Source of the DNA: Octopus vulgaris
Taxonomy: Eukaryota
NCBI GenBank assembly: GCA_951406725.2
Contig: OX597835.1
Coordinates: forward strand, 2,046,001-2,110,000
Length of the DNA stretch: 64,000 bases
Reading direction: 5' to 3'
The notes beneath the pieces are model-generated. The model was not told the origin of the DNA and did not search any database. It saw nothing but the letters and a program-made list of their open reading frames with translations. Below, piece by piece: positions 27,401 through 41,700 of the stretch; the stretch's first letter is position 1, and every line of letters begins with the position of its first letter. A program made the position numbers and the translations under genes.

Positions 27401-30400
27401 CTAACCCCTAACCCATATCTGGACCCCATATTCTACTTTTTGTTCAAACTGTCTAAATCTACTTTCTTACACATGTCCTCCAAAGGCATTCTAAAGTTAA
27501 GCAATCACAGCATTGAAATCCTGAGGCTATAAGTTAATGATGATTAATTGAATAAGGATTATATTTGACAGAGCAATCTGACTGCTAAAGGGTTAATCTT
27601 TGCTATGAGATAACTGCTTGATGTGATAAGCTGTTAGCTAACAGTTAATCTTTTGATACCAAGTTGCTCTTCTTGTTCTATGACACAAAACTGTTCTCTT
27701 TTAACGTGTTCAGGGTTAGAAATGCTTCCATCCATAATTCAATGTAAGCACCTTTTAACCCTTTAGCATTCAACCTGGCCTTATCCAGCCTAAATATTCT
27801 ACCTGATTCATGTCCACTCTGGCTGGATCTGACCTCTCACACCTACCCTACAATGTCATTCTAGAAATAAACAATCACATCACCACAGTCTTAAAACTAC
27901 AAGATAATCATCATCATCGTTTAACGTCCGTTTTCTGTGCTAGCACTGTTTGGACGGTTTGACCGGGGTCTGGGAAGCCAGGAGGCTGCACCAGGCTCCA
28001 GTCTGATCTGGCAGTGTTTCTACAGCTGAATGCCCTTCCAAACCCCAACCACTCCGAGAGTGTAGTGGGTGCTTTTTACGTGCCACTGGCACAGGTGCCA
28101 GGGGAGGCTGGCAGCGGCCACGATTGATTGGTGCTTTTTACGTGCCACTGGCACAGGAGCCAGTCAAGTCGGTGCTGATTAATTTGAATTGATAAGCATT
28201 ACATTTGACAGAGTAATCTGAATGCTTTGGCGTTAAGTTACATGCCAAACACCTGAGAAAAAAGGTGCCATTTATTAAATCTTCCTGAATTGTTAATTAT
28301 TTTCAGAAAATTGAAGTGCACAGACATTATAATATTTCATTAGAATTACAGTCAAGATGTGTCCTTTTCAGATGTTAGAATTCTAATATGCATGTTTTAT
28401 GCTAAACTATTAACTCATTAATTTTTATTGTATGTCATAACACTATACTGACCTCAGACCAATCAGGAGTCAGTGACTTTTTGTCATCTATCATCATCAT
28501 CCATCATCATCATCATCATCATGTCATTATATTAAAATTGATTTAATTTTGTCATGTGTAATTAATGTAATTTTGTATTCTACCTAAAATCATTTTAAAT
28601 TAATAATTATTTATTCTATAAATACTTATTCTAACAATTGCAGCGTGGAAGGTGTTTAGAAGCCATTTAAGAAACACACAAAAACTGTTAGATTCACTTC
28701 AACATTTGAATTTAATTTGCCAAAATATTTTCGTCGCTTTGACACCGCGACCTGTTCACTGACAAAATTCCATGCTGCAGCACAGAATTTTCTTAAATGT
28801 CTTATAAACACCTTCTATGCTGCAATTGTTTTCGTTACAGCATGTGATCAGGTCACTTGCTATGCAAGTACATCTCCATAATTCTTATTCTAATTTATTC
28901 TGCAAACAATCTCTTTGCTATACACTTGTTTCAACATAAACACCACCACGTCCTGCACACTGTACCACCACTGCCTCTGCTCCCACCACAACCTCCACCA
29001 TCACAACTACCAAAACCATTATCTCCACCCTGATCACCTTTACCATCTCTACTCCTATGACCACTATTCCTACCACCAAGATCAACACTACTGTCACTGC
29101 AATCTCTCTCCAGGGCGGTGGTGAGCTGGCAGAATTGTTACCTTGGAGCGAAATGCTTACTGGCATTTCACATGTCCTTATATTCTAAGTTCAAATTCTG
29201 CTGAGGTCGACTTTGCCTTTCATCCTTTCAGGGTTGATAAAATAAGTACCAGTTGAGCACTGAGGTCAGTATAATTGATTTACCCCTTGGCCCAAACTTG
29301 CTGACCCTTTTCTAGTATTTGAAACCAATGTTACTTCCTTAGGCTCACAGCATAAAAAAAGTTAAAAAAAGAAAAAAAAAACAGTGGTTAAGACAACTAT
29401 TGATGTTGACAGAATTGTGTTGATGACTGGATATAAAGTAGTTTGATGATGTGGACTGTATAGACACAATATGTAAAAGGCCCCTGTGCTGGTGACTTGT
29501 AAAAAGTACCTGGTACATTCTGTTGAGTGGTTGGCATCAGGAAGGGCATACAGCTGCAGAAACCAAGCTAAAACTGACCGGAGCCTAGTGCAGCTTTCTG
29601 GCTTACCTGTTCCAGTCAAAACGTCCAACCTGAGCCAGCATGGAAAACAGATGTTAGAGGAGGAGGAGGATGAGGATGACGATGATGTTGACTGAATGTA
29701 AAGGTGACGTTACTTGTTCCAGGACTGTGTTTCAATCAGTGGAAAATGCATCCAGACCAATGATGCATTGCCTCAAATGGAGGAGAATTCTTTGAAGGCG
29801 ATAAAAGTGTAAACATGTAAAACTAAGGGAATTAAATCTATATGCACATACATATACACATGCATACATACATCCATATATGTGTGTGTCCTTGCTTTCT
29901 CTGTCCCTGCTTGACAACAGGTATTGGTTTGTTTATATCCTTGTAACTTACCAGTTTGGCAAAAAAAAAAAATTGATAGAATAAATACCAAACTTAAAAT
30001 AAATACTGGATTGTACCTGCGTCTGATCGTTACCTGTGTCGCCTTACTGGCACTTGTGCTGGTGGCACGTGAAAACACATTCAAGCGAGGTTGTTGCCAG
30101 TACCACTGGACTGGCTCCTGTGCAGGTGACACATAAAAAACACCATTTCGAGCATGGCCGTTGCCAGTACCACCTGACTGGCCCTCATGTCAGTGACACA
30201 TAAAAGCACCCACTACACTCTCGGAGTGGTTGGCGTTAGGAAGGGCATCCAGCTGTAGAAACTCTGCCAGATCAGATTGGAAGTCTGGTGCAGCCATCTG
30301 GTTCGCCAGACCTCAGTCAAATCGTCCAACCCATGCCAGCATGGGAAGCGGACGTTAGACAATGATGATGATTATGATGATGATTATGATGATTGGTTTG

Positions 30401-31039
30401 ACTAAACCCTTGAAGGTGGTTTCCCCAGCATGGCTGCCATCTGATGATTGAAACAAGTAAAAGATAAATGATAAATTATCTTTATCTTCAACTTGTTTCA
30501 GTCATTAGACTGTGGCCATGCTGGGGCACTGCCTTGGAGAATTTTTCTAGTTGAATGAATCGATCCAAGTACTTTTTTAAACCTGATGCTTATTCTATTG
30601 ATCCCTTTTGCTGAACTGCTAAGTTATGGAAATGCAAAAAGACCAGCCCCAGTTGTCAAGCAGTGGTGGGGGACAAACACAGATACAAAGACACACAGAC
30701 ACTGATATATATATATATATATATATATGTGAAATAGAAAGATGAATAATCTTGTAGTAGATTAATCAAAAGTTTAACCGATACCTTAGTAGCAAAAATC
30801 ACAGCAGTAAACAGCACAGTTGGAGGTACAACCATATGGTGTTGCAACCGTGCGTTGGTGCGGATAATTGAAATTAAAACATTATTGTGAATTGAAGAAA
30901 TGGAGCTGAACGCAGATTGAACAGAAATCGTTTTATTTCATTCTACACGTGTTTCGAAAGGCACAAATCGGATTTTGGTAATTTGTGCCTTTCGAAACAC
31001 GTACGATTTCTGTTCAATCTGCGTTCATATTTCAATTCA

Positions 31040-31096
<57 letters not shown>

Positions 31097-32759
31097 CATA
31101 CATACATACAACAGGCTTTCAGTTTCTGTCTATCAGTCTGATCTGGCAGAGTTTCTACAGTTGGATGCCCTTCCTAACGCCAACCACTCCATGAGTGTAG
31201 TGGGTGCTTTTTACGTGCCACCGGCACAGGTGCCAGGGGAGGCTGGCAACAGCCATGATCGGTTGGTGCTTTTTACGTGCCACCAGCACGGAAGCCAGTC
31301 AAGGCGGCACTGGCATCGGCCACGTTCGGATGGTGCTTTTTACATGCCACCAGCACAGGTATCACAACTACAATTTCCTGTCAATTAACCATGTGTCACA
31401 TGGTTAAGAAAACTCTCCTCCGTCAGTAGAAACATTATCGACTTTGTAAAAATCAACAAGTTGGTTTGTTTACTTCTTTCCTGTGCTGAGTTCAATCCTG
31501 TTTCTCTCTTCCACAAGCCTGGAGGAGCCATTTTCTCTACTCAGCCTCAAACTAGATTCCACCATTTACCAGCATCTTGATCCTCTTCAGCGAGTGGATT
31601 CAGTCCTTACCTCTGGTGTGAGAGGCTGTGTACGATTAACTGTTCACAGGCAGCAGCTCATTTAACTCATTCATGGACATAATGACAGCAGTCCAACTGT
31701 GACCATCCTGTCTTTATTTCAAACATATTGTATTGGCAGACTGCATTATTCAATACATCCTTCCGTGTCATTGTTGAAGCTCGAGTCAGTCCTGAACCAG
31801 CAAACTTCGGATCAAAGACTTCATCTGAAATATGTTCATCCTGTGAAGACGATGAAGATAGGAACCTGTTCTCTGATGTCTTCATTTTAAGACAGCAATA
31901 TGATTTGAGGGAAGTTTGGCTTTTTCTTTTAGCAGTTCACATAACTGCATAGAAGCCTTCCTTGTTTTAATATTTTCAACGATGGAAGCAGTATCATTTG
32001 GGTTTTCGTCACCCTTGACAAAACAGATGCCTCCCCTATGATCACCATGTTGTAGCTGTGATCATCCTACGTTATTTCATTTTTACCTTTTTTAAAGAAG
32101 GTACAGTTTGAGAGAGAATATACTTCCTATTTTTAGCAGGATAGTTATCATGTAAAGAGTGTTTACCTTGTTATAATTCTCAGTACACTGTTTCAATAAG
32201 ACAAGACCAAGGCTGACCGGTTGCACTATTTGCACTAGTCTTCTCTTTGCCTTATCTAGGTGTGCTATAGATAAAAAAAAATATATTTAAGGCTTTAGAA
32301 AATCAATTCAAATTCCTGAGCACCTGGAAAAATGTATTCATAAATTTGTTGTAGAGCATAAAATTAATAAAATAAGGTAAGCAATAGTTTTCTATATTTT
32401 TTTCTAATTTTTAATTCTAAAATTTTTCTTTAAATTTCCATGGGAAGTGATCAGTAATTTTTTTTTCATTTTTCACATGAAGAGCATCTGTAGTTTTTGT
32501 TTTTTTGTCTGATATTTAGTGCATTACCAAGTCAAAAATATTAAGAGCCATTGGGCTAAGCAGTGCAGCTTGGCTTCAACATAACAATAAACACATATAT
32601 ATACATAGGTTTGTACCATGGGTTTGATATTGCATGGTTTTCTATGGCTCGATGCCCTTCTTAATGCCAACCACTCCAAGAGTCTAATGGGTGCTTTTAT
32701 GTGCCACCAGTACAGGTGCCATTTGCATGACTCCAGGATACTTCACTCACACACACACA

Positions 32760-32797
<38 letters not shown>

Positions 32798-35700
32798 TAA
32801 ATAAATGCGCCCTTTTTAAAGCCTAGCCTGGCTCATGGGCCCGGTTTCTTTGGTGTATGTGTTCTCCAGCTTGACGGTATGCCAGTCCATCACAGCGTTA
32901 CTCATTTTTACCAGCTGAGTGGACTGGAGCAACGTGAAATTAAGTGTTTTGCTCAAGAACACAACATGTCGCCCGGTCCAGGAATCGAAACCACAATCTT
33001 ACAATCATGATGCTGACACCCTAACCACTAAGCCATGCGCCTCCATATATATATTTATATATAAAATACCATATCTGCTCAAAGCTGTCTTCCATCGAAT
33101 TCCCAGACACAGTTTGTCTGTGAAGTCTTCCTCAGTGGGAAATACCAAGGAGAGATAACTCTAGGCAGACTTAAAGCTGTAGCTTTAAGTAAAGAAACGG
33201 TCAACCGCATTGGCTGAGTTGTGTTCCTAGGTCGCCTGGTCAGGGATCAAATCAACAATATCAGTGCCAAGCAGTGTTTAGGCATAAGCAAACTTTAGCA
33301 GCTTAATTAATATATATTTGTGACATATTTTACCTTCTAAAGGCAAATTTACAGCAGTTACTGTAGAGAAAAAAACAAACAAATTCTCTCTTATGGTCGA
33401 AGGTGTAAAAACACTATGCTTGGGGATCTGATAGGGGGCAGCACTAGGCAGATGTGGTGTTTTTACACGTTTTACCAGAAGAGAGAATTTTGTCTCCTCA
33501 GTAACCACTGTGAATTTACTTTTCAAAGTTGAGATGTGTCACAAATGTATTTTAATTAACTTAAAGCTTGCACGCATACGTGCTCCCCACCCCACATATA
33601 AGAGTGTGTGTGTGTGTGTGTGTGTATAGCATTTTATCCGTAAGAACAGTTACCCAACCGCACCATTTTCCCCATATAATTCTCTGTGCAACATTGTAGC
33701 GTTCGGTGTGAGGCTTCCCTGATTCACAGCCCCTCATACAGATGTGTTTTTAGCCCCTCATACAGATGTGTTTTTAGCCCCTCATACAGATGTGTTTTTA
33801 GCCCCTCATACAGATGTGTTCTTCCTTGTTTCTCTATTTGCAGCTGCTAAAGATTTACCCAATGACCGGACTGGACAACCTCCGAACCCTTTCGTCATGA
33901 TAACGACAATCACTCCACCTCAACAGACGTGGACCTTAAACAGCCACACTGAAATCATTGAGGTAGGATCATTTAAATCTATTCACTTCAGGTTTCTCCC
34001 CTCATTGACCTGGCAGACGGGGATATCTTTTACTAGATCCAGTCAGTAGATTGTGGCCATGCTGGGGCACTGGCTTCAAGAATTTTCAGTCAAATGAATC
34101 GATCCGAGGACTTTTCCTTTTTAAGCCTGGTACTTATTTTGTCAGTCTCTTTTGCCATACCTCTTAGTTATGGGGATATGAACATACCAACACTGGTCGT
34201 CAAACGGTTGGGTGGGTGGGGGGCACGCACACACACACACACACACATGATTGGCTTCTTTCAATTTCCGTCTACCAGATCCACTCTCAAGGCTTTGGTT
34301 GGCTCGAGGTTATAGTAGAAGACACTTGCCCGAAGTACACTCTGCAAAGTGGTTTGCACTAGGAAGGGCATCCAGCTGTAGAAACCACGCCAAAACAGAC
34401 AACGGGACCTGGTGCAGCTTCTGGCCTTGGCAGCTCCTGTCAAACCATCCAATCCATGCAAGCATGGAAAATGGATGTTAAAGAATGATGATGGTGGTGG
34501 TTGTGGTGGTGGTGGCAGCTCCAGCAGTGGGCACTCAGTTCAACAGCGCCACCATGTGGTTATTGGTCGTCTTCAGTAGAATGCACATGTATTTATTCAA
34601 GCTTTCTGTCTGAGGATTCTTTTCTTTACTTCCTCTTTGAAAAGTCTTGAAGAGACTACAAGGGATCGTCGTGCTTACTCCCTGTCCTACGTGGTCTCTG
34701 AAGCAGTGGTTCTCAACTGTTTCTTACCTACGGACTCGTTTGATTACCATTTTACTCTGTTGGACCTCCATTGCCGCTCGAAGCTCAAAAACTAGTTTTA
34801 TAGATATTCCTTTAAAAAATTCTTATTTTGTTTTTCACACATTCACTTGTGTCTAGGTTGAACTACGTAAAATGTTGGAGAAATAAAGCTTGCTGTTTCT
34901 TCCAATAAATACATCTGAAAGAAAAACTTTTTTCATAGACCCTTAAACTACTACTGTAATTTGCTTGCGTGGACCCCCCCAAAAGTCTTATAAGGACCCC
35001 AGTTGAGAACCACTGCTCTAAAGGTTATGAAAGAAAGAGGGAGTGGAGGGAGGTGACCCTGGAAGCATTCCCTCAATGGAGACACGAAGGCTGAAGGTGA
35101 TCAGAAGAACAACAGTTTCCATTCCTCTCTGTGTTGTTATCAGCACTCTTTGCTGTGTTTCCATTATTGCCTCTCTATTTACTTTGTGCCATTTTCTATT
35201 TCTCTCCTTTTTCTAGAGAAGCAATGATCCACAATTTCTGAAGACCATTGGTTTTGGGACGAACATCAAACTGAAGACACGAGTAAAGTTTACGGTTTAT
35301 CACGTCAATGAAAGGATGACCAATACAGTGAGTCCACACTGCTTACTCTCCTTCTCCCCCTCTTTCTCTCCTTTGTGTTTTTACTCCTTTTTCTATTTCT
35401 TTTTTGTCTCCGTTTTCTCTCTTTCTTACGTTCTCCTTTACCTTCTCTTCCCTGCTTTTATTATTTTAATTTTGTTATAAAAGACCTGAATACTTGTAAC
35501 ATAATGTATTCTGCTAAAGATACCCAGGGGCTGGGTGGTGGTGTTGATAATTCAGGCAATGAATTTAAGTCTACTACCTAAGAGTAGTGACAACCTTCCA
35601 TACAGTTTCTTATTTCTTTACTGCCCACAAGGGGCTAAACATAGAGGGGACAAACAAGGACTGACAAAGGGATTAAGTCGATTATATCGACTCCAGTATG

Positions 35701-38700
35701 TAACTGGTACTTAATTTATCGACCCCCGAAGGGATGAAAGGCAAAGTCGACCTCGGCGGAATTTGAACTCAGAACATAACAGCAGACAAAATACTGCTAA
35801 GCATTTCGCCTGGCGTCCTAACGTTTCTGCCAACTCGCCAACTTCCCACACAGTTTCTGCCTACCAAATTTCACCGAAGACTGTAGTTGCTTCCAGACTA
35901 TGATTTAAGGCACTTGCCCAAAGCACTGTACTGTGAGATAAAACCTAATAGCCTCTAGGATACTTATGCTCAGACTAGTTTTACAAAATGGAGCAGCAGC
36001 AACTATTATTTCTGCCTCTACTCCTCAACTGGGGCTACCAGAGAAACACAAAGATTGACTTTGTAACACCCTTTTGCAGACTCCCTCATCAACAGATGTC
36101 AGTGACCTTCCCTTCGTGACCAGTGACTTCAGTGGACATGTTGGGCACCATCCAAGAGGTTTCCCGAGAGTGCATGGAGGCCATGCAGTTGGTTCCTGCA
36201 ATGAGGTTGCTGGGGTTCTGTGATGCAAATGACCTTACAATCTGCAATACTAACCCCAGAACTCCAACCAACTACCTGTTCACCTATCAGTCCAGTAGAC
36301 ACACAAGTCAGGTTGGCTACATTCTCACCAGAAAGGGACTGACATCTTGTTCAGAGGGAAGTCTTGTAATCTCAGTCATTAATTTGTATGGAAACCAAAT
36401 GAAGCTCTAACCTTATGAGTCCTAGGGTTTATAATGGACCAAAGTCTAACTAAAAGTTTCAACACTCTTCTTGACAAGGACAGACGAGGACCCTTAGTTT
36501 AGGAATAAGGATTCCTAGTTTTGAATCTAATCTGATACTATTTACATATCCTAGAATAAGACACATGAAATCAAACTAACCGAAACATAGAATACAAGAA
36601 AATGGATTAGGCTTGGCTTATAAGCCCAGGCATAAAGGCAAAGGCATTTGAAATATGCCACAAACACTTGGTTTTGGTGGGGCCAGTCTCACTGGGTGAG
36701 GACCTGGGCTAGCCTAGTGGTTCTTAACCGTGGACCATATGGCCTTTGGGGTCCATATAAGATTTTGTTGTTAAAATTTATATGCAATAAACTGCTTATA
36801 CTTCTACAATATACTTTTTTTATGCAATTCCTAATAATATTTAATGATAAAAATAATGTAGGATTTTTTTTTATACATACATTGGTTGCCTACGGAGGTC
36901 CAGAAGAGAAAAATAGGAATCAAAGGGGTCAGTTGGTAAAAAATGGTTGAGAACCTCTGATCAAGTTGATTGTTACAATGGAAGTGAAATTTCATAAATT
37001 AAAGACTGTACTGAAGCTCATCATATATGAACGAATGTGTGTTTGTGTGTGTCTTTGCATCAACACTGCTTTTGTAGTAGAATGTCCCACAGCAGTTTGA
37101 TGTGTGGAGAATAAAGTACCTTACTTGAAAAATAAAGAATTGGCATTAGGAAGGGTGTCTGACTTTGGAAATAGTATCTTGACAAGTCTCAGGTAACCCA
37201 TGCAAAGCATTGAAAAAGCAGGTATTAAAACAATGGTATTCCATCTCTAAATCTGAAGTTAAAATTCTGAAATTTTATTACAAAATTTTATTACAAAAAA
37301 AAAAAAAAAATCATCTCAAACATTTAGACATTTAACTTGTATTCTTGAACTTTTAATTCGTTAATCTCTTATTCTTTTAATCTATTTCAGATGTCACAGT
37401 TGGGTTATGTGATGTTTGATCTGAAGTCACTTCTGGCGAAACCTGATAAAAAATTGCATTTACCATTAATGTAAGTTTCTGTCTATATATTCCTTCTCAA
37501 ACCCTCCAAGAAGCTTTTATATCCTTTTAAGTGAACTATATCACATGCAACCCTCCCCTTTTCTACAAATTTGTCTTTGTGCCTATATTAGAAGAACTGG
37601 CTAAATTGATCTAATCTTGCAATCATTTTGGCTCTTTACATTCTGAGTTCAAATTCTAACAAGTTCAACTTTTGCCTTTTTATCCTTCTGGGGTCAATAA
37701 AATAAGTACCAATCAAATAAGTGGGGTTGATAGAATTGACTGTTTCAAAAGATTTCTGGCAGTCTGTCTACAGCCCTGGTTGTAAACCATTTTCCACCTG
37801 TCGGCTCTTTTCATTACTACTTTGCTCTGGTGTCTCCCCCACCCCTTCAATGTTTAAAAACTAGTTTTATAGATACTTCTTTTGAAATTCCTATTTTGCT
37901 TTTCCTGCATTCACTTGTGTTGGTTGAACTATGCATAACATTAGAGAAAGAAATCTAATAAATACATCTAAAGGAAAACGTTTTCACAGACCCTTAATAT
38001 ACTCTTGTGGGCCCTCAATTTACTATTTTGGTTGCATGGACCCCTAAAATCTTATATGGACCCCAATTGAGAACCACTGGTCTACAGCAAGAAATTATTA
38101 TTATTATTATTAGCATGTTGGGCAAAATGCTTAGTGGCATTTTGTCTGTCCTTACGTTCTGAGTTCAAATTCCACCAAGGTTGACTTTGCCTTTCATCCT
38201 TTCGGGGTTGATGAAATAAGTACCAGTTACGCACTGAGGTTGATGTAATCGACTTGCCCCCTCCCCTCAAATTTCAGGCCTTGTACCTAGAGTAGAAAGA
38301 GTAGCAGAATCATTTGCTTGCTGGACAGATTGTCTTGTGTCTGTTCTGACTTCTTTGCCTCTTATTAAAGTAAACTTGACTGCAATTTCCAGCATGTTCC
38401 GTGACTACATAGAGATTTGCCTGTTGTAATATCCTCTGTGTGCAAACCTGTGTTTTGTAGGTCCCCTGATTCTTCTCCTGCTGGTCAAATACAAATTACT
38501 GCTTGGGTCCACGATGAATCCATTCTTATTGAAGATAATTCCAGGGTAATTATGCTCTCTTTTTGCTCATTTTATTCTTTGTCTGATGTCATCCAGTTGG
38601 TTGGTTATGGCCATGCTGTAGCAAAGCTATCATCAGAAAAATACTTCATCTAAATTACTGATGGTAATTAATATTTTACTTGTAGAATTGTTAGAGCATT

Positions 38701-41700
38701 GGACAAAATGCATTCTAGCATTCATTACAGTTCTTTAATTTCTGAGTTCAAGTCCTACCAAGGTCAGCTCTGTCTTTCATCCTTGTAGCACTGTATTTTC
38801 TCAATCCTAAGTACTGTGTTTGAGTTAATTCACTAAACCCTTCCCTGAAACAACACAATTGAGATCCTAAAACCAAGGTACCACTAAAAAGCATTCGTAT
38901 GGGTGCTGATGCCCTGTAAAATGTACCCAGGAGAGTCTGCAAAGTGGTTTGCACTAGGAAGGGCATCCAGCTGTAGAAACCATGCCAGAACAGACAATGG
39001 GACCTGGTGCAGCTCCTGGCCTTGCCAGCTCCTGTCAAACCATCCAATCCATGCCAGCATGGAAGATGGATGTTAAATGATGATGATGATGATGATGATG
39101 GTAATGTGCCCAAGTTAGAAACAATTATTACTGAGGGAATTTAAATGGGTTTCTCAACCTCTTTACCCACGTCGAAATCTGTGGCCCGTGTGGTGTAGCA
39201 GGAAGGTAAAAGTTTTAGTACAATATAAAGGACAGTGAATTAAGTTGTCACCACCACCACTGCCGCCACCGCCACAACAACAACAACTGCCAGCATCAGC
39301 AGCATCAGCAGCATCATAATCTTCACCATTTTTAAACATCCAACATGGGTCAGATGGAATTTAGTGAAGCAGATATTCTGCAGCCCACAACCATTATATC
39401 CCCCATAACACTGCCACAAACTTTATCCTTACTTCATTGCCAAGTGAAATTGTAGTCGTGGCTGATGCTGGTGTCACAGAATTGGCACCTGTGCCAGTGG
39501 CATGTAAAAAGCACCCATTACACTCTTGGAGTGGTTGGCATTAGGAAAGGCATCCAGCCGTAGAAACCCTGCCAAATCAGATTGGAACCTGGTGCAGCTC
39601 TCCAGCTTACCAGTCCTCAACCAAACCCTCTAACCCATGCCAGCATGGAAAGCGGACAGTAAATGATGAGGATGAGGATGATGACTGCCATCATCTCCAC
39701 TATTACCACCAACATTATCATTATTCTCCTCGGCAACATCATCATTGTTGCCACTAGTCAAAGAAGCCTCTGTGCAGTTGCTTGTCCTGCTGGAAATAGC
39801 TGCCAAATATTCCTCAGACCATACACTCTTGATAAAAAGGAAAGATTCTCTGCATAATATACTCTTCAATATCCTAAAAAGACAGGATGGTCCTGGCTGG
39901 AATACCTTGATCATAGTCTGCTTGATTAGGGTTAGACAACAGTGACAACATCGTCACTACAAATCCCTGTTACTATCACAAATGACATCATCTTCAAAAG
40001 GGCCCACAACACCAGCCACTGGTACGAACAATAGTACTCTCTTGAGTAGGTATCATCAACACCACCACCATCAACATCAACATCACTATCAGCATCATCA
40101 CTATTGTCACCATCAACATTACCATTTACCATTCTCCACTCCCCACTTATTCTGAAGTCTTGTTTATTATTCTCAGCAATTTTCTGTTTCTTTCTAGGGT
40201 TCTGTTAGTTATGGAGAGAAATTGCAGAATCGGGGTTTGGGTAATTTGAAAATCATGTTCTCTAACCCGATCAAGAAGACGTTTCGGTTTGACACGAACA
40301 AAGCAAGAATGCAGTTGTTTGTCCAAGAAGTGATGGCAGAGTTTAAGTGGAACTACACACTCCCACTCCAGCTGCTGTGAGTATCACTTACGATAATAAA
40401 TAGGAGTAAATGGATTTCTGTCTCTTTTGATGATGGATATTCAGTTGTTTAATCAGCTGAATTATCTGCTTGTGTAATTGGTGTGTAAATGGTTGAATAT
40501 TCCACAGTTATGTGGATGGTTGATAAAGTTCTTCAGCAGAATCAGCATGATTGTATGACAAGGCTGGATCTTTAATTGTTTAGCATTTAAACTAGTCATA
40601 TCCAACCTAAATATTCTGCCTGTTTTATATTTAAGCTGACCAAATCCAGCTTCTTACACATGCCCTACAATGTCATTCACTTGTTTATTATTTTTCTTAT
40701 TTTATCTTACGTCCATTGTCTGGAAATCTTTTGTAACACATCTGTGACCTCTTCAGTAACCTTTTCCATCCATGTGTATCCTCCTACTCTGCTTAGTCCA
40801 TTCTTGTAGATTTTCATTCTTTATCTAAATTGCTGATGTGAGTTACTTCACAGAGAACTGAAAACCTATTCCTATTTTACATGCTTTTCTTTTAGGAAGC
40901 TCTTCATTGAAGAAGAACGGGAGAGAATTAATATGCTCCAAGACCTTGGTGAGGTAAGTTCTCTTAAAGAATATTTCTCTGTCTTCACAAATCTTCTTGG
41001 TTCTTTTGTTATTGGGAACCATGTACATTTTGATAACTTTTATCTGCTCTGATTGTAGTAGAAACAAGTCTGTGTGTCAGTTGTTCGTTGTTGGATGGCT
41101 AAGGAATAGGTGAGGGCGGGGCTGTAAGGGCAAGCAGCCAGGGACCAATTATTACTGATGTTGGTTTATGTATTTACATGAGTGTAATGCAATCTTGAAT
41201 ATGATTTGACTCAAACTTTTTGTAGTTGACAGTCAGTAATATATTTTATCCTCGTATATAATGCAGCCCTCGAGTTCAGCTGGAGTCATACTTTTAAGAA
41301 ACCAATCTAATATCATGACAAACTTCAAAACACTAAAGCTGGCATGGTTCCTGTTTTTGGCCAGCAACTATTGATTAAAAGCTATCATTGCTCGACTAAA
41401 GGTGGTGCCCCAGCATGGACGCAGTCAAATGACTGAAACAAAAAAAAAAAAGAATAAAAGAATTAGTCATAAAGTATGTTTATCACTTCAAAACCATAAA
41501 AAATCTGACCCATCATTGATTATCCAAATAACTCGAACCATTCTTTTGGATTTAGCTTTCTCTTAAAGCCCTGTCCAATCATTTCATTATTTTCTTTATC
41601 TAAAGTTACAGCATTGTCTGTAGTTAGTTCCACCCTGATCATGCCACAATCTGATGCCAGTCTTTAAAAAGCTCTTGCAGACTATGTTCCAGTAAATCAG

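Noticed and set aside
31667-31952. Overlapping short ORFs on both strands in intron 5
   Set aside because: No recognisable motif, a stop in the phase 1 frame needed after exon 5, and no convincing donor.
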